A DNA stretch of 63,926 nt, the filler included, from Salisapilia sapeloensis CBS 127946 (taxonomy: Eukaryota; Protista; Oomycota): assembly GCA_023334545.1 (NCBI GenBank). It is 13 parts of 13 records of this genome, joined end to end, with 100 filler letters (N's around TTAATTAATTAA, not from the genome) between each part and the next. Parts side by side here need not be neighbours in the genome. Positions count along the whole stretch, not along the records: positions 20,904 to 24,987 come from JAADVB010000690.1; positions 25,088 to 27,329 come from JAADVB010000932.1; positions 27,430 to 32,624 come from JAADVB010000631.1; 10 more parts are not named here. One strand, given 5' to 3'. The position numbers and the translations under genes were made by a program. The first letter of the stretch is position 1. Each line of letters opens with the position of its first letter. Below, piece by piece: positions 20,906-32,622 of the stretch. Below the pieces are notes generated by a model, which worked only from the letters and a program-made list of their open reading frames with translations, did not search any database and was not told the DNA's origin.

Positions 20906-23900
20906 TACAGCACCTGCAACATCAAGAAGGAAAGGGTGGAGCCGCCAAAGAAGACAATTGAAGTGTTTCAATTTAAACCACTCAAACAATTGAAGCAGGC
21001 CGCTGTTCCACTCGGCAAGCTGCCGTTTACTCAAAATGACCAAGTGCTCGGTTTGTACTCTGCTCGGGCGTTTGTTGTCATTGCAGTATCAATCCGTGGC
21101 GAGCGTACACTGATCCACCGGATGGATTTTTCTCCTGGGGGTGTTCTCAACCAGAACGAGTCTGCTAAGCTAAAGCAAATTCGTTCACTCGGGCGAAAGG
21201 TCGACTTCTGTGACTTTAGTATCGAGAACCGCACGATCGCACTCGTGGACAATGATGGCCATGCCCAAGTTTATCGCTTCAATGATCAGTTCACGTCGAT
21301 GGAATCGACGAGATCCGTCAATCTTGGCGCGAACTTTTCGTTGGATGACGCATTGGCTGGCACTCTATTGCTAAACAACGTTCTCTATGCGTATGACTCG
21401 AAAGGCAGTTTCCAGTCGATTGATCTCCGTAGTCAACAAGTCGGCCGCAAGGGAAGCATTTCGGAAGACAAACTGCAATCGCTTCAGCTTGGAAACTTTT
21501 TCAAACTGCCTGGCGGTCTTGTGATCGGATGCTTGACGCAGGCAAAAGATGAAGAGAACACTTCTGCTCTTACTCTCAAAGCTTTTGCAGCAGAAGACTC
21601 CCGTTTGTTACCTACCACTGTGCATGGAGATGTGGGATGCATCGAGCTCGAGCAGCACCACATTGTCTGCGATGAAGATAACATGTATGTTGTCAACTAT
21701 GCTACCAAGGAAGTTCATGTGCATTGCGTCGATATCACTATTCGAAGTGACTCGTATCGTATCCGAGATGGCACGGACAAGACTGGGACTGGAGATGACG
21801 AAGTGGAGAAGGAGCTCGTCGACAAAGCCAAGCATTGGATGTACGCCTTCTATCACTTGTTCGAAAAGTTCCCAGTAAAAGGACTTCTTGACTCTCCACA
21901 GCCGAAGAAGGAGCTACGTATCGCTGCTGTTTGTCCTGCAGCGTCGTCAGGCGTCACGAAGGGAAAAGTGAAAGACTTTTTGGAGTACCTCATGTTGGAG
22001 CTGCACAAGCTGAACAAACCATTTTCCGGTTTGGACTTGGGCAAGCACTTCCTGGCACTCAATATGGACTCGGTTCAGAACTTTCTGGATGGCTTCACTA
22101 GACGCATTGGCAGCAAGCCCATTGGATCCCTCTTAGTGAGCTTGATCACTTTCGTGCCCGTGCAGATCTGTCGAGCTGAAGACAACACGCTGACAGTGCT
22201 TACAGATGGAGAGGTGAATCGAAGTGGCCTGGAGAAGAGCCAATCGACGTCGATGCAGGCCTCTGACATTGCTCGATCCATGCACTTTGGCCTGCTATCG
22301 CCTCTGCTACAAGCGTGGAAGGGCAAATGTGTGGTCGTTTCGTCGATGGGCAAGCAATCGACCGGAAAGTCGTACTTCCTGAACCACTTGACTGGCTCGT
22401 CATTTGCAATTGCTGGTGCGCGATGCACCGATGGTGTCTGGATGACCGTTCGCATGCTGCAAGACAACATGTTGCTAGTGGTACTTGACTTTGAAGGACT
22501 TGGATCGTTTGAGCGCACGGAGCAAGAAGACGTGTTCCTCTCTGTGCTGAATGCCGCTATATCCATGTTCACCATCTTCCGAATGGAGATGCGCTTCGAT
22601 AAAGAGATCGACGGTCTCTTCTCCAAGTTCCAGAAGGGAGTCAAGCTGCTGAAGAATGATCCGCAGCTGTTCCAAGGAAAGCTTTACATGAGCGTGAAGG
22701 ATGTGAATCCGAGTGATCAAGCTGGTGTGTTAGAAGAATTCCGTAAAAAGTTCGGAAACTTGCTTCGTGCCAACCGAGAGGATAACTTCCTTACAGCTCT
22801 CTACTCTGGTCAACTGGACATCAACTCGTCTCCACCGCTGGGTACTATGGGCTACTACAAGTCGATGGCTGGCGCACAACAAAGCATGAGAAAGATGTTT
22901 GCGTCGAAAGAAAAGTGTGGATTTAATTCCGGCAACTCCTTCCTGCAATGTCTGCAGCTGATCCTTGCCAAGATCTCCATCCTTGACTGGACATCGCTTG
23001 ATGATAGCGCCCAGAAGATGATTGTGGACGATTTATCTGCAAAGCTCCCGGGTGTGATCCGCACTGGATGCATCATTCCTTTCGACAGCGTGACTGTAGC
23101 AAATGACGTGCCAGATTATTTGAAAGAAGAGTTGGAAACGGGAGATGGCGTCGTCAACTTGAGCTTACTTCAGCTTTGTGAAGCTCGCCATGAGCTGGTC
23201 GAACAGTGGCAGATTTTGAACTTGAGCATCGCGCTGGACGAGGTCGAGGACAGCTCTGTGGACTTCCACCTTGATTACAGCACGGCCGTAGAGAAGCAGA
23301 GCGTCGGCTTTGGTCAAAGCTTCCACGCCATTTTCAAACAGCTTCAATCGCTCATGAGTCAGCCAGCCAATGGAAAGCTGAGCACCGAGATGCAGCATGA
23401 CTTGGATGTCTTTATCTCCTTCCTCGTCTTCCGACGCAAGCACCGTATTGAGGAGTGGGCGAAGTCTGTCCTCGGCAATCGCTTCCAGGAAGTATGGAAA
23501 GAGTTGGAGCCGAAGTACTTGGGCTGGTTTCAAACCGTCATGACGCGGTGCACGCACCAATGCGCTTCCTGCCAGCTTGAATGCATGCAGTCAGCGCTGC
23601 ACCGATCGACTGCAAAGCACGACTGCGGCCTGAATCACAAGTGCAAAGGTCGCTGCGAGTATTGCGCCATGTCCGAAGGCGCTGGCAAGTGTTCACCGTG
23701 CTCTAAAGAGGCCGGTCATATCGACGTATGTGAGTGTGACGCTGGAGATCACACCTGTGGACAAGAGTGCTGTATGTCCGGCTCACCAAATTGCGGAAAG
23801 AGGTGTACGCTGAAGGCGGGGCACTCGGAGCTACACCACTGCGCAGTCAAGGTCCACACCTGTGGCGAGCCTTGTGGTGCTGCAACGTGTGCCGGACGGT

Positions 23901-24987
23901 GCATCTTGAACGTGGAGCTACCGCATAGTGCGCACAAATGTGCGGAAGTGCGCTGCATTGAGCCCTGTCTGATGGAAGGATGCAATGAGAAGTGCGCTTC
24001 ATCGGACCATTTCCATGGTCAAGCGGAGATCTCGATTACCTACGCTGCGGAGAACGCGCATGGAGATCCGTCAGAGAAGGAGCTTGAGATCTTCGATGGC
24101 AGCTCGGCCGCACCGGCAGTTCACATGTGCAGCAGAGGACACCCGTGCTCTACAATGTGCGGAGAGAAAGGCATTTGCAATGTGGAGGTGCACCGTAAGA
24201 AGACGTCCAAGACGTTTGCTGGTGCGCGAGGCACGTTCGAGTACACGTACCAAGAGATGAACGGTCAGCGGAAGAAGTGTGCTATCATGCTTGCTCCTGG
24301 CCAGCAGTCTCACCAAGGTGTCCACACCTGTATTGACAGCACTTCCAGTGGGACTCCAGGAGACACGTCCGTCCACTATTGCGACAAGAGATGTCCGTCT
24401 TGCAGCTACTTCTGTGAGAAAGAGCACGGTCACGCTGGTCTGCACCAAACCACCCACGGGAATATGCGAAACACGTTCTTCTTAGCTGACACCGATGACA
24501 TCGACATTGAGGAGCGCAAGTACAAGGCTGGCGAGACGGGCATTGCCGAGATGTGCAACCTCTACTGCACCAAGATGGGACGAGCGCACGTGCACTACTT
24601 GGAGTGCGATCAGGAAGAGTCGAACGATGGTCGATGTACTTGGTCTGCTGGTGATAAGCGACGCCATTGTCAGCGCGAATTGGAGCCCAAACCGGAGAAA
24701 GAGATGGACGAGGTGCTGCACGAAAAGTTCTGGGAAACACTCGGATGGGAGGATCCGGTCTTATCAGCTACTGAGCGAGAGGAGTTCGGTAAATGTGCCT
24801 ACAAGTGCGATGCGCCAGCGCATGAAGACAAACAGTCACCTTCGTGCTGTGTTCTTCCAGCATGGCACGATCCTGTTACGACGCCAGCTGAACAGGACGG
24901 CTTCTCCTATATCGGTGGGCACAAGTTCGAGTGCTCTCACGTGGCGGATGGAGGCAAACTCCACCACGTCTTCGTACTGGACAGTTC
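20906..24987 (+). CDS. Partial giant protein: GBP/atlastin/VLIG-type P-loop GTPase, long Cys/His-rich (NF-X1-like) region, start of a vWA domain; truncated at both contig ends
   Basis: G1 GKQSTGKSYFLNHL, G2 RCTDGVWM and G3 VLDFEGLGS. Dozens of Cys/His residues follow, and the last residues LHHVFVLDS match vWA beta-1 before the MIDAS DxSxS. The frame is open from 20906; the track's start at 20936 is GTG. Confidence 0.88.
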
Positions 24988-25087
24988 NNNNNNNNNNNNN
25001 NNNNNNNNNNNNNNNNNNNNNNNNNNNNNNNTTAATTAATTAANNNNNNNNNNNNNNNNNNNNNNNNNNNNNNNNNNNNNNNNNNNN

Positions 25088-25338
25088 ACGATATCATAGA
25101 TGACACCGATAACGACACCCAAACCAGCATACTGGATGAGGATACCAATATGCTCTTTGCTGTAAATGTTTGGCACTCCACCAGGACGCAGGGCCCCACC
25201 TTCTAGCTCTTGAGCGTGGTCAGGAGTCTTCGCTGCAGTATAATCGGTCGGGTCATCTGGTTTAATGAGACCACCGGTGGATGACGTTGAAAGACGGGTA
25301 ATAGCATCCTTGTTCGCCTGATTGCTGGCCAATGCCAT
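25088..25338 (-). CDS. 5' fragment of a folate-biopterin transporter (FBT/BT1, MFS) gene
   Basis: ATG at 25338. LEGGALRPGGVPNIYSKEHIGILIQYAGLGVVIG is the typical N-terminus of oomycete FBT proteins. Cut by the gap. Confidence 0.78.
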
Positions 25339-26129
25339 GGTCGTCGGTGGACTGGAGCAAATTCGGGAATGCTGACTTGAAAGTCTTTCTGATGCAAAGG
25401 ATTGGTCGACATTTAGACATCGTTCTGGATGTTGTAGATTTGCTATGATGGACGTGGCACGGAGTTCAATAAAATAAAAAGACGAAAGCGTGCCGGACAC
25501 GTGCCTTGAACCCAATCACTATCTTGGACATTATTGCTTTGCATACCAGTTGGGCTAGCTTTAATCAGCAACCAGTCAATGCAAATTCGTAATAAACTAA
25601 TAAATTAATCAGACTGTACCGCGGTAGCTATTACGGAATCTGCGTTTCAGCAAACCGCCTTCGGAAAAGATATACATAGACAGAACTGATGTAGTAAGCA
25701 CAGTGCAAATGAACTCTCCAGCTGAATGTATTCGACCAATTGCACTTCGCACCAAGTAGCATCGACTACTCAAATATACTTCTGACTTTACCCATTCGAC
25801 AAGATAGGAAAAAAGAAGACAAGATCTTCAATCGCGGATCAAAGAACCTACTTGTACGATATCATGGACTTTCAATGCCTTCAGGATATATCACATTCAA
25901 CAAGCACGCTCTGCCAATGCGAAAAGTAAATTGTTTTCGTTAACAATATCAGTAGAAAAATGCCCCTTAGACTTCAGGAGTATGTAAGCTTTGGTAGTGT
26001 GAAAAGTAGAGTTTTGTTTTATCAAAAAATACTTGTAAATATGCAAAGCTTGGACAAATGAGTACACAAGGAAAAGTCATTCTGTATTTATGTGAATAGA
26101 AACTTGGTACAACTTATCTATGCGGCGTC

Positions 26130-27329
26130 CTAGCAACCGTTGCCACCAGCAAGGCGCAAGCACGCCGTCGATGGGAAAATTGACAGCAAGTTGGTCGTGA
26201 TAGACCAGATGAAGAGGAAGATTGTGACAACGCCAACGATGGTACCAATCCACTTGTTCGACGTACCGTTGCGCTTGAGCGCCTGTGCCTCAGCCTTTTG
26301 TCGCGGTAACAAGATGACGAAGACGAGGCAGAAAAGCTGGAACGCGTATGCGATGACGTAGACATACGTTACTTGGTAGTGGACTTCCGTGTCATCACGT
26401 TGCAGGTCTGATCTGGCAATGTCAAAGTTCTGGTCGATAGCCTTAGTGATGACCGTTGCGAATGGCAACGCGAGAGTCGACACGGACTCGATAAGTCCAT
26501 ACACCATTGCCTCGTTTCCAACATCAATGACCTCAACCATGCAGTACATCGTCACGATGAAAACGATTTTGTTCGGAATGTTTTCAAGAAGCGGGAGACC
26601 GAGCCAGAACCACTGGCTTCGGAAGACATTCCACGTTGTAAACATGACTGGAATGACATCGACTGAGACAACCATGATTTGCATGACGATGATCACTTTA
26701 CGCCAGCTCCACTGAAGACCCCATCGCTGGATGCTGTAGAGGCTGATAGCAGCTATCATAGATCCGAGGATGCTAGCAACGCTGCTGTTGACAGGTTCCA
26801 CCCCAGCCCAGACACTCTGGATGGGGTTGTTAGCAGTGACACTGACGCTGCGGAAGAGGTTGTTGAAGAAACGGAAGATCGTGACCTGGTAGATCACTCG
26901 TTGTTGCATCAAATTGTACAACTTAGAGAACTCCTTTCGAATCGATCGCCTTTCATGCTTTTCTTCCGTCACAAAGAACCATCCCGCAGCGGCAGTCACA
27001 ATCGAGACGGCGGTACAGATGCCGAACACAGCTCCGACACCAATGTCAGCAGCGAAACTGCCACCAAAGTCGGAAGAGTTCAGACCGAAACCAACGAGAC
27101 ATGACGCCAAGATGTCGAAGATACTCTTAATGACATAATTCATCGTCTGAAGTCTGCCCCGAATAGCTTCCGGCTCACGTTGAGCCAGCTCCACCATCAT
27201 ACCATTCGTGGATGCAAACGAGAGAGCTAATCCGATGTTTGCGATGAAGATCAGAATGATATACGCAGTACCTCGATCTGGAGCATCTTCGTTGATCGAG
27301 TCCACTTGGGCCTGCGTGAGACTTTCAAC
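26130..27329 (-). CDS. 3' part of a second FBT/BT1-family transporter (tandem paralogue)
   Basis: MMVELAQREPEAIRGRLQT, WSWRKVI, FRSQWFWLGLP and LLPRQKAEAQALKRNG motifs with multiple TM helices. Open at the contig end. Confidence 0.88.
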   Translation of the reverse strand, partial: VESLTQAQVDSINEDAPDRGTAYIILIFIANIGLALSFASTNGMMVELAQREPEAIRGRLQTMNYVIKSIFDILASCLVGFGLNSSDFGGSFAADIGVGAVFGICTAVSIVTAAAGWFFVTEEKHERRSIRKEFSKLYNLMQQRVIYQVTIFRFFNNLFRSVSVTANNPIQSVWAGVEPVNSSVASILGSMIAAISLYSIQRWGLQWSWRKVIIVMQIMVVSVDVIPVMFTTWNVFRSQWFWLGLPLLENIPNKIVFIVTMYCMVEVIDVGNEAMVYGLIESVSTLALPFATVITKAIDQNFDIARSDLQRDDTEVHYQVTYVYVIAYAFQLFCLVFVILLPRQKAEAQALKRNGTSNKWIGTIVGVVTIFLFIWSITTNLLSIFPSTACLRLAGGNGC

Positions 27330-27429
27330 NNNNNNNNNNNNNNNNNNNNNNNNNNNNNNNNNNNNNNNNNNNNTTAATTAATTAANNNNNNNNNNNNNNN
27401 NNNNNNNNNNNNNNNNNNNNNNNNNNNNN

Positions 27430-27695
27430 AAGCTCAGGATGCAGGCACCGCCCACAAGCGTCCCGACGTGCACAACACGGAGGTTGTCAATGTAGTCGGC
27501 GACAGCTCCCCATGCCGGCGGTGAGATCATCGCGCAAATGCATTGGATAGTCTGCAGCGTTGCAATCTGGGTCTTGCTATACAAGAGGACACTCTGGCAG
27601 AAAATGGGGAAGAAATTGAGGAATGAACCGGAAGCAGCGCTGTTCGTGTAGTACGCGGCTTTGGGCGCCCATAGGTATTTGTTTTTCTCGGTCAT
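27430..27695 (-). CDS. 5' fragment of an MFS transporter (MFSD6/MFS_1-like)
   Basis: ATG at 27695: MTEKNKYLWAPKAAYYTNSAASGSFLNFFPIF...SPPAWGAVAD (MFS motif-A region). Cut by the gap. Confidence 0.72.
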
Positions 27696-29419
27696 GCTGC
27701 TTGGTCTTGGTGAGGTCGAAGCAGGCTGTTTAGGAATGACTGACTGACGGTACTCAGCAGACCAGGACGGCTGCAGCAAACACGTCGGTCGTGGTTGATT
27801 TTGAAGCACAAGAATAACGAGAGAATGATTGCATGCGTAATGCGGTCATCTGACTTCGACTTCCGGCCGACTACTGTACTTCAGTATTGAATTTGAAAGA
27901 CGCTCCAAGTTTCCACGACAACTGGCAGGATTGAATGATCACCGAACGCGAGACGGCATCAGACTGTTCAACCTATGACAAAGGATACGCTTACTTGACA
28001 AGCTTTTCTCTCTACTAAGCATCAGAATTCTTAGCTATGGACGCAAACCCCACCGCCCAAATCGATGATGAGCGCTCATATGCATAGAGTGGGTGGCAGT
28101 CAGCATTGATTTGTACTTAAGCTTAAATCTGCGCTCCAGCTCTACTTTTTACCCAAGGCGCTGTTAAACAGTAGCTGCAACTTCATGCGGAGCGTCTTGC
28201 CTTGGTGCTAAATCGTCTATTTATATCCTCGCTTGCGTACGCGGTCACCCTGCTCCGACATTCATGTGCTTTGGGAGGATACATTGCGAGTGGACGAGTT
28301 CAATTTGCCTGCACAGAAGTTAAACAAGCCAAACTATCTAGGTTAGGAACTACGATTTTGCAAGCAGCAAACATCTTATCCTATAGAGAGCAAAGGAGAC
28401 AATTATGCCTCTTGATGCGTCAAATGCAGCATGCTGTCTGCGGAACAAACTGGAAGATCTTACCTCCTGGCTAGGTCTACCTCGATGGTGATGATTATTA
28501 GCAGTCGAAGGGAGCAATTGATGAAACGCACTGGACTTGAATAAGCTGGTTGAGCTTGGAAGTTTTGATTTTATGCTGCTCGGTAGTACATGCTCGGTTT
28601 TCGAATGTGCGGCGAGCGGACAAAGCTGCGTCCCTAGACGCGACCTACGATGTCGTGCAGTCTTGATACCCAAAATTGGGCGACTTAGGCGACATTAATA
28701 GAGCACCTAGATGCTAAATTGAATGATCAGTGGCTTTATGCACCTCGGTCCTCGCCTGTTGAGAGATCAACATGATATTTTCAATAAATGCCTTTAGCGA
28801 AGTATGCCCACTTCGCACGACAGAGGGTCTTTTGGGAATGCAATCGATTGCTCTGTGCGTCTAGTCTCGACGGATTGAAAGCGTACGGCAGCAACACCAT
28901 TTCTAAGATGACTGGGTATAATTGCTTATGACGAATCGGAATTTATCACCAGGAATAAGGAAGATTAGGACGATGAAACACGACTGTAGGAGTTGAGACA
29001 GAAGGCTATGCAAAATCTAGCCTTGAAGCTGGCAAAAAGGGTCATTTGGATTGTGATAGGGCGTGGCGTCAATGACAGTGTCTGATAAGCATTCAAACGC
29101 TGATTGTGGTCTGAAAAGTATTGATAGTAAAAGCAGCCCTGATAAGCGAGTAAATTTCGACTAGAGTATGAACGCATGATTATTTAAATGCTTTTCTACT
29201 GTATAATAATATTTGACACGGGATCATCCAGGTCGTCTAACCAGAGTACACTATAGCAGGCACGCCGACAGCACTCTGCCGTCGCACCGTGCTGTAAGTT
29301 GATTTTCAGCCACCTTCGCGGAAGTTTATACCGATGTTGATTCACTGTCAGTACAAGCTACCTCACTAGCACACAATCATGGACAAAATAATCCTTTGTA
29401 TCGTTATACTTTTAATAGT

Positions 29420-30991
29420 TTACTCGGATGCAGTAGCTGCTTCAGGCTCTTTCGACGGCTCCATATCGGACAAGTAGTTCACAACCCGAAGCAGCCTTCC
29501 TCTATATCTCTCCAAGAGCTGAATGTTGAGCGTCACGTCTGAGAAGCCCATCGCCTGTAGCTCCTCCAGTTGCGCTGCCCACTTTTCTCGCTCATTTGAC
29601 GCGTTCGGAGTCGGACGACTTGGCTCTAGGCCGTGTACACTGGCGTTCGCATCTGACTGCAGCGCTTCGTCCTGGGACTTTTCTAAATTCTCCAAAGCAA
29701 CCTTCCAGTCCTCTTCTAAGCTACGAATGATGCTGTGATCCGATACATCCGGAGCTTTCTCGATTGATGTCTCTGCTGCAACGGACGCTATGGACTCCAT
29801 CAACAAGGCTTCTCGAGAGGAAGACAGTCCAACTTCCTTCAGAGATTTTTCACTCGCGTCAAAAGTGTACACTTGTCGAGGGAAGCGCGTCACGAGTTGG
29901 AAAGTAGACGGCGCTTCGCCTGTCACAGACTCTACGAATGAGAAGATGAGCGAGACCTGACTGGTCTTGTCAAACTTGCGCGTAGCCTGCTGTCCGTCGG
30001 GGAAGCGGAACATAATCTGGATGGGATCGCCTGCCTCCGGTTCGGGAGGTAGTTCCTGATAGAGCTGCCGTCTTCTCTCTTCTTTCGCGCGAGCCTTTGC
30101 CTCTTCCAATTGCTTTGCTTCTTCCGCACGTTGCTTGGCATCCATTTCTGCTTGAATTTGTTCCGATGGCAGTACGTCCACCTCTAAATCGGTGTTGATA
30201 ACCTGAACGGCAGCACGAGGCTTAACTTCGCTCACTTGGACTTCAAAGGAGACGCCTCCGTGACGAACCAGCACAATGTCTCCTTGTGTCAACGTCGCAT
30301 GGGGGTGTAGTGCACGGCTGAGCAATGTTTCGTGGTCTAGTTGTCGGTCTCCAAAGCCGCTGCCGAGTGGTCGCAGTGCAGCGAACTGTCCTTTGCCCAG
30401 CCGGACGAATTTGACTTGGATACTAGCCGGAAGCTCCGACACGCTGAGTTGATGTAAGAGAGAGACGGCAACTTTTGGTGGAATCCCGACAGTGCCTTCT
30501 TCTGCTGTGAACTCGCGTACACCGGCGTGCGTCTTGCCGAGTACGTGTCCAACGGACGGTTGGGTCTCCTCTTCCATGTCCTCATCGTTCTCCAGTACTG
30601 GAATAGTTTTTTGCTCGGGCTTGGATGGGTCCGTAAGCTCTAGCGTTATTGCGCCAAGATCGAACGCTTCCTGTGGATTCAGTTCTTCCAGTGCAGACGG
30701 AGGAAGTGTGAGCCGATCTCCATCCGAAGTAGTCGGCACAGGGCGAAGACTCGCACAGTACTTGATGCCTCCAGTGATACGCTGCTCTTCTAATTCTAGT
30801 GCTTCGCGAGCGGCTGCAGCTGCCAGTTCTTCTTGTCGACGCTTCGATGCAATCGCTTCGCGTTCACGACGCGCTTTCGCTACTGCCTCTCGCTTCTTGC
30901 GCTCATCTTGAATGCGCTTTTTGGCGGCGCTCTTGCGTGAAGCCTGCTCTTGCTTCCACTTACTGCTTCGAGAATTCAGATCGAGATCCAT
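29420..30991 (-). CDS. UFD1-domain / UBX-domain / UBA-domain fusion protein (p97/CDC48 cofactor candidate)
   Basis: UFD1 motifs DGDRLTLPPSALEEL and THAGVREFTAEEGTVGIP. UBX motifs PPEPE...IMFRFPDGQ.ATRKF...LVTRFPR. UBA motif QLEELQAMGF...NIQLLERYRG. First ATG is 30991; the track's 31018 is GTG. Confidence 0.88.
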   Translation of the reverse strand: MDLDLNSRSSKWKQEQASRKSAAKKRIQDERKKREAVAKARREREAIASKRRQEELAAAAAREALELEEQRITGGIKYCASLRPVPTTSDGDRLTLPPSALEELNPQEAFDLGAITLELTDPSKPEQKTIPVLENDEDMEEETQPSVGHVLGKTHAGVREFTAEEGTVGIPPKVAVSLLHQLSVSELPASIQVKFVRLGKGQFAALRPLGSGFGDRQLDHETLLSRALHPHATLTQGDIVLVRHGGVSFEVQVSEVKPRAAVQVINTDLEVDVLPSEQIQAEMDAKQRAEEAKQLEEAKARAKEERRRQLYQELPPEPEAGDPIQIMFRFPDGQQATRKFDKTSQVSLIFSFVESVTGEAPSTFQLVTRFPRQVYTFDASEKSLKEVGLSSSREALLMESIASVAAETSIEKAPDVSDHSIIRSLEEDWKVALENLEKSQDEALQSDANASVHGLEPSRPTPNASNEREKWAAQLEELQAMGFSDVTLNIQLLERYRGRLLRVVNYLSDMEPSKEPEAATASE

Positions 30992-31474
30992 GCTTGTCGT
31001 CTCCACTGCCAAATTCACTTCTGTCTATCGATTCCGCTTTCTTTTCTTCAGTTGGGCTAGCAGATCGCATTCGCAAAGTAAAACTGAATATAGGTCGCTT
31101 TTTGTCATAAAAGCAAGTTCGCGTTCTCGAATTTTATCGAACATACACGGTAGGCGAGAGCTATGGAGGGAGGTTGCGAGAAGGTCGAGCGTTCGCACTT
31201 AGTCACTAGAAGCTAAGAGCAACACGACTTGCAGACATGTAGGGAAAACGAACAGGCGCGCCGCCTAGTATGGATGAAGGTCATCGGTTTGGGGGCATCT
31301 AGAAATGACAACGCACACCACAGCTGCGATCGATCGATTGCCAAGCTATAAAGTAAAAGCATAGTCTTACGAATACTTTTGTATCCATTGCTTACCGGAA
31401 GGCTGCATGGATGCTTTTACTTTCAAGTGGTGGTAAAGTTTCCATTGTTATGGTTGACTATACTTGTTTTAATA

Positions 31475-31680
31475 GGGGTTCAAAGTCTTGGAATTGGACA
31501 AAATTTATCCGTCATCTGTGTTCGAGATTAACAACACCAACCTGGATAAATATCGGACTTTTAAACAATCAGCATCCGATATTTACATATCAGACTCCCA
31601 AAATATCAAAATCTGACGATCAACATATCTGCATCAGAACACAAGAAATATAAGACAAAATTCTACTACTTTGAACCCCC
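31475..31680. mobile_element. 206-bp MITE candidate
   Basis: Terminal inverted repeats GGGGTTCAAAGT (31475-86) and ACTTTGAACCCCC (31668-80), flanked by TA on both sides. AT-rich non-coding interior with a perfect 11-bp internal inverted repeat (31547-57 / 31575-85). Confidence 0.55.
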
Positions 31681-32190
31681 TATTAGATTAAATAAATATT
31701 CATACGGCTGAAGTCTTCTACACGCGGCTAGTCAGATCCAACGAGAACATCACCTAGATAAGATTCACCCGAGGTTTTCCAGTGGTTTGCATTTAGAGTT
31801 GGAGGCTAGCCGGAGAATAGCATATAGCGAAGAGTTGTCTCCTTAATTAAAAGCGAAAATGATGGAATGGACTTGTTGGCAATAAAGCTGAAGTATATCG
31901 AAAAGTTTAGTCGAAGACGGCCAGGTGATAATACTGGAGACAAACAAAGCGATTCAGTCTACTTTCGAAAGCATTGGTCACTCGAAGGTAAAAAGTCAAA
32001 ATGAAAGTAGCTGCTTATGTCGAACCACTAGGTGCAATTATTTTGTTAGGCTATGTACTAGATCGTTTTCCGACACAATTAGAGGGCTCATAGCTAAGTG
32101 TGTCAATGTAAAATTTTTAAACCTATTGCCATTGAAGTCAACTCTTTTAGCACAGCAAAACCAAAGTCCCTAAAGCATGCTAATCCTTTC

Positions 32191-32622
32191 TTAGCTCTCA
32201 TTCGTTGAGTCATCCAGTCGGAGACGCAGTTCAGTCATTTTTAGCCACGCCAGCTGCCGACCACGCTCTTGGTCATTTAGATCAAGTTCCGAAATGCTAC
32301 CCCTCCATACATTTTCAATCATCGTATCCAATTCATCTTCTCCGTTCGGACCGCCTCCCAAGGAAGCGTCTTCATCTGAGGGCCTTTTTTGGGATTCCAT
32401 CACTTCCGCATTCCCATTAGATGATGTGAACTTGGCCAAGGCGCTCAGTGAACTTTCCGTCGAAGGGCTACGCTGATCTAAGCCAAATTCGTAGATTTCG
32501 CCAGCGCAGGATTCTCTTCCAGACCAGGCATTGCATTCTTCCGCTAGCTGAGAAATTCTGGGCGGTTCAACGATGGTAGATCCACTGCTGTTTTCTTCGT
32601 ACCGTCCAGCCCGGATCTCTTG
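32191..32622 (-). CDS. C-terminal fragment of a START-like/FYVE family gene (paralogue of 62920-63925)
   Basis: QEIRAGRYEENSSGSTIVEPPRISQLAEECNAWSGRES aligns with EEIRAGRYEQDGSGSTTVEPARISQLTDRSIAWSDRES in the last contig. Open to the gap. Confidence 0.85.
   Translation of the reverse strand, partial: QEIRAGRYEENSSGSTIVEPPRISQLAEECNAWSGRESCAGEIYEFGLDQRSPSTESSLSALAKFTSSNGNAEVMESQKRPSDEDASLGGGPNGEDELDTMIENVWRGSISELDLNDQERGRQLAWLKMTELRLRLDDSTNES

Noticed and set aside
28797-28816. GCGAAGT-N6-ACTTCGC hairpin as a Helitron 3' end
   Set aside because: No CTRR terminus at the expected distance, and a 7-bp stem can occur by chance.
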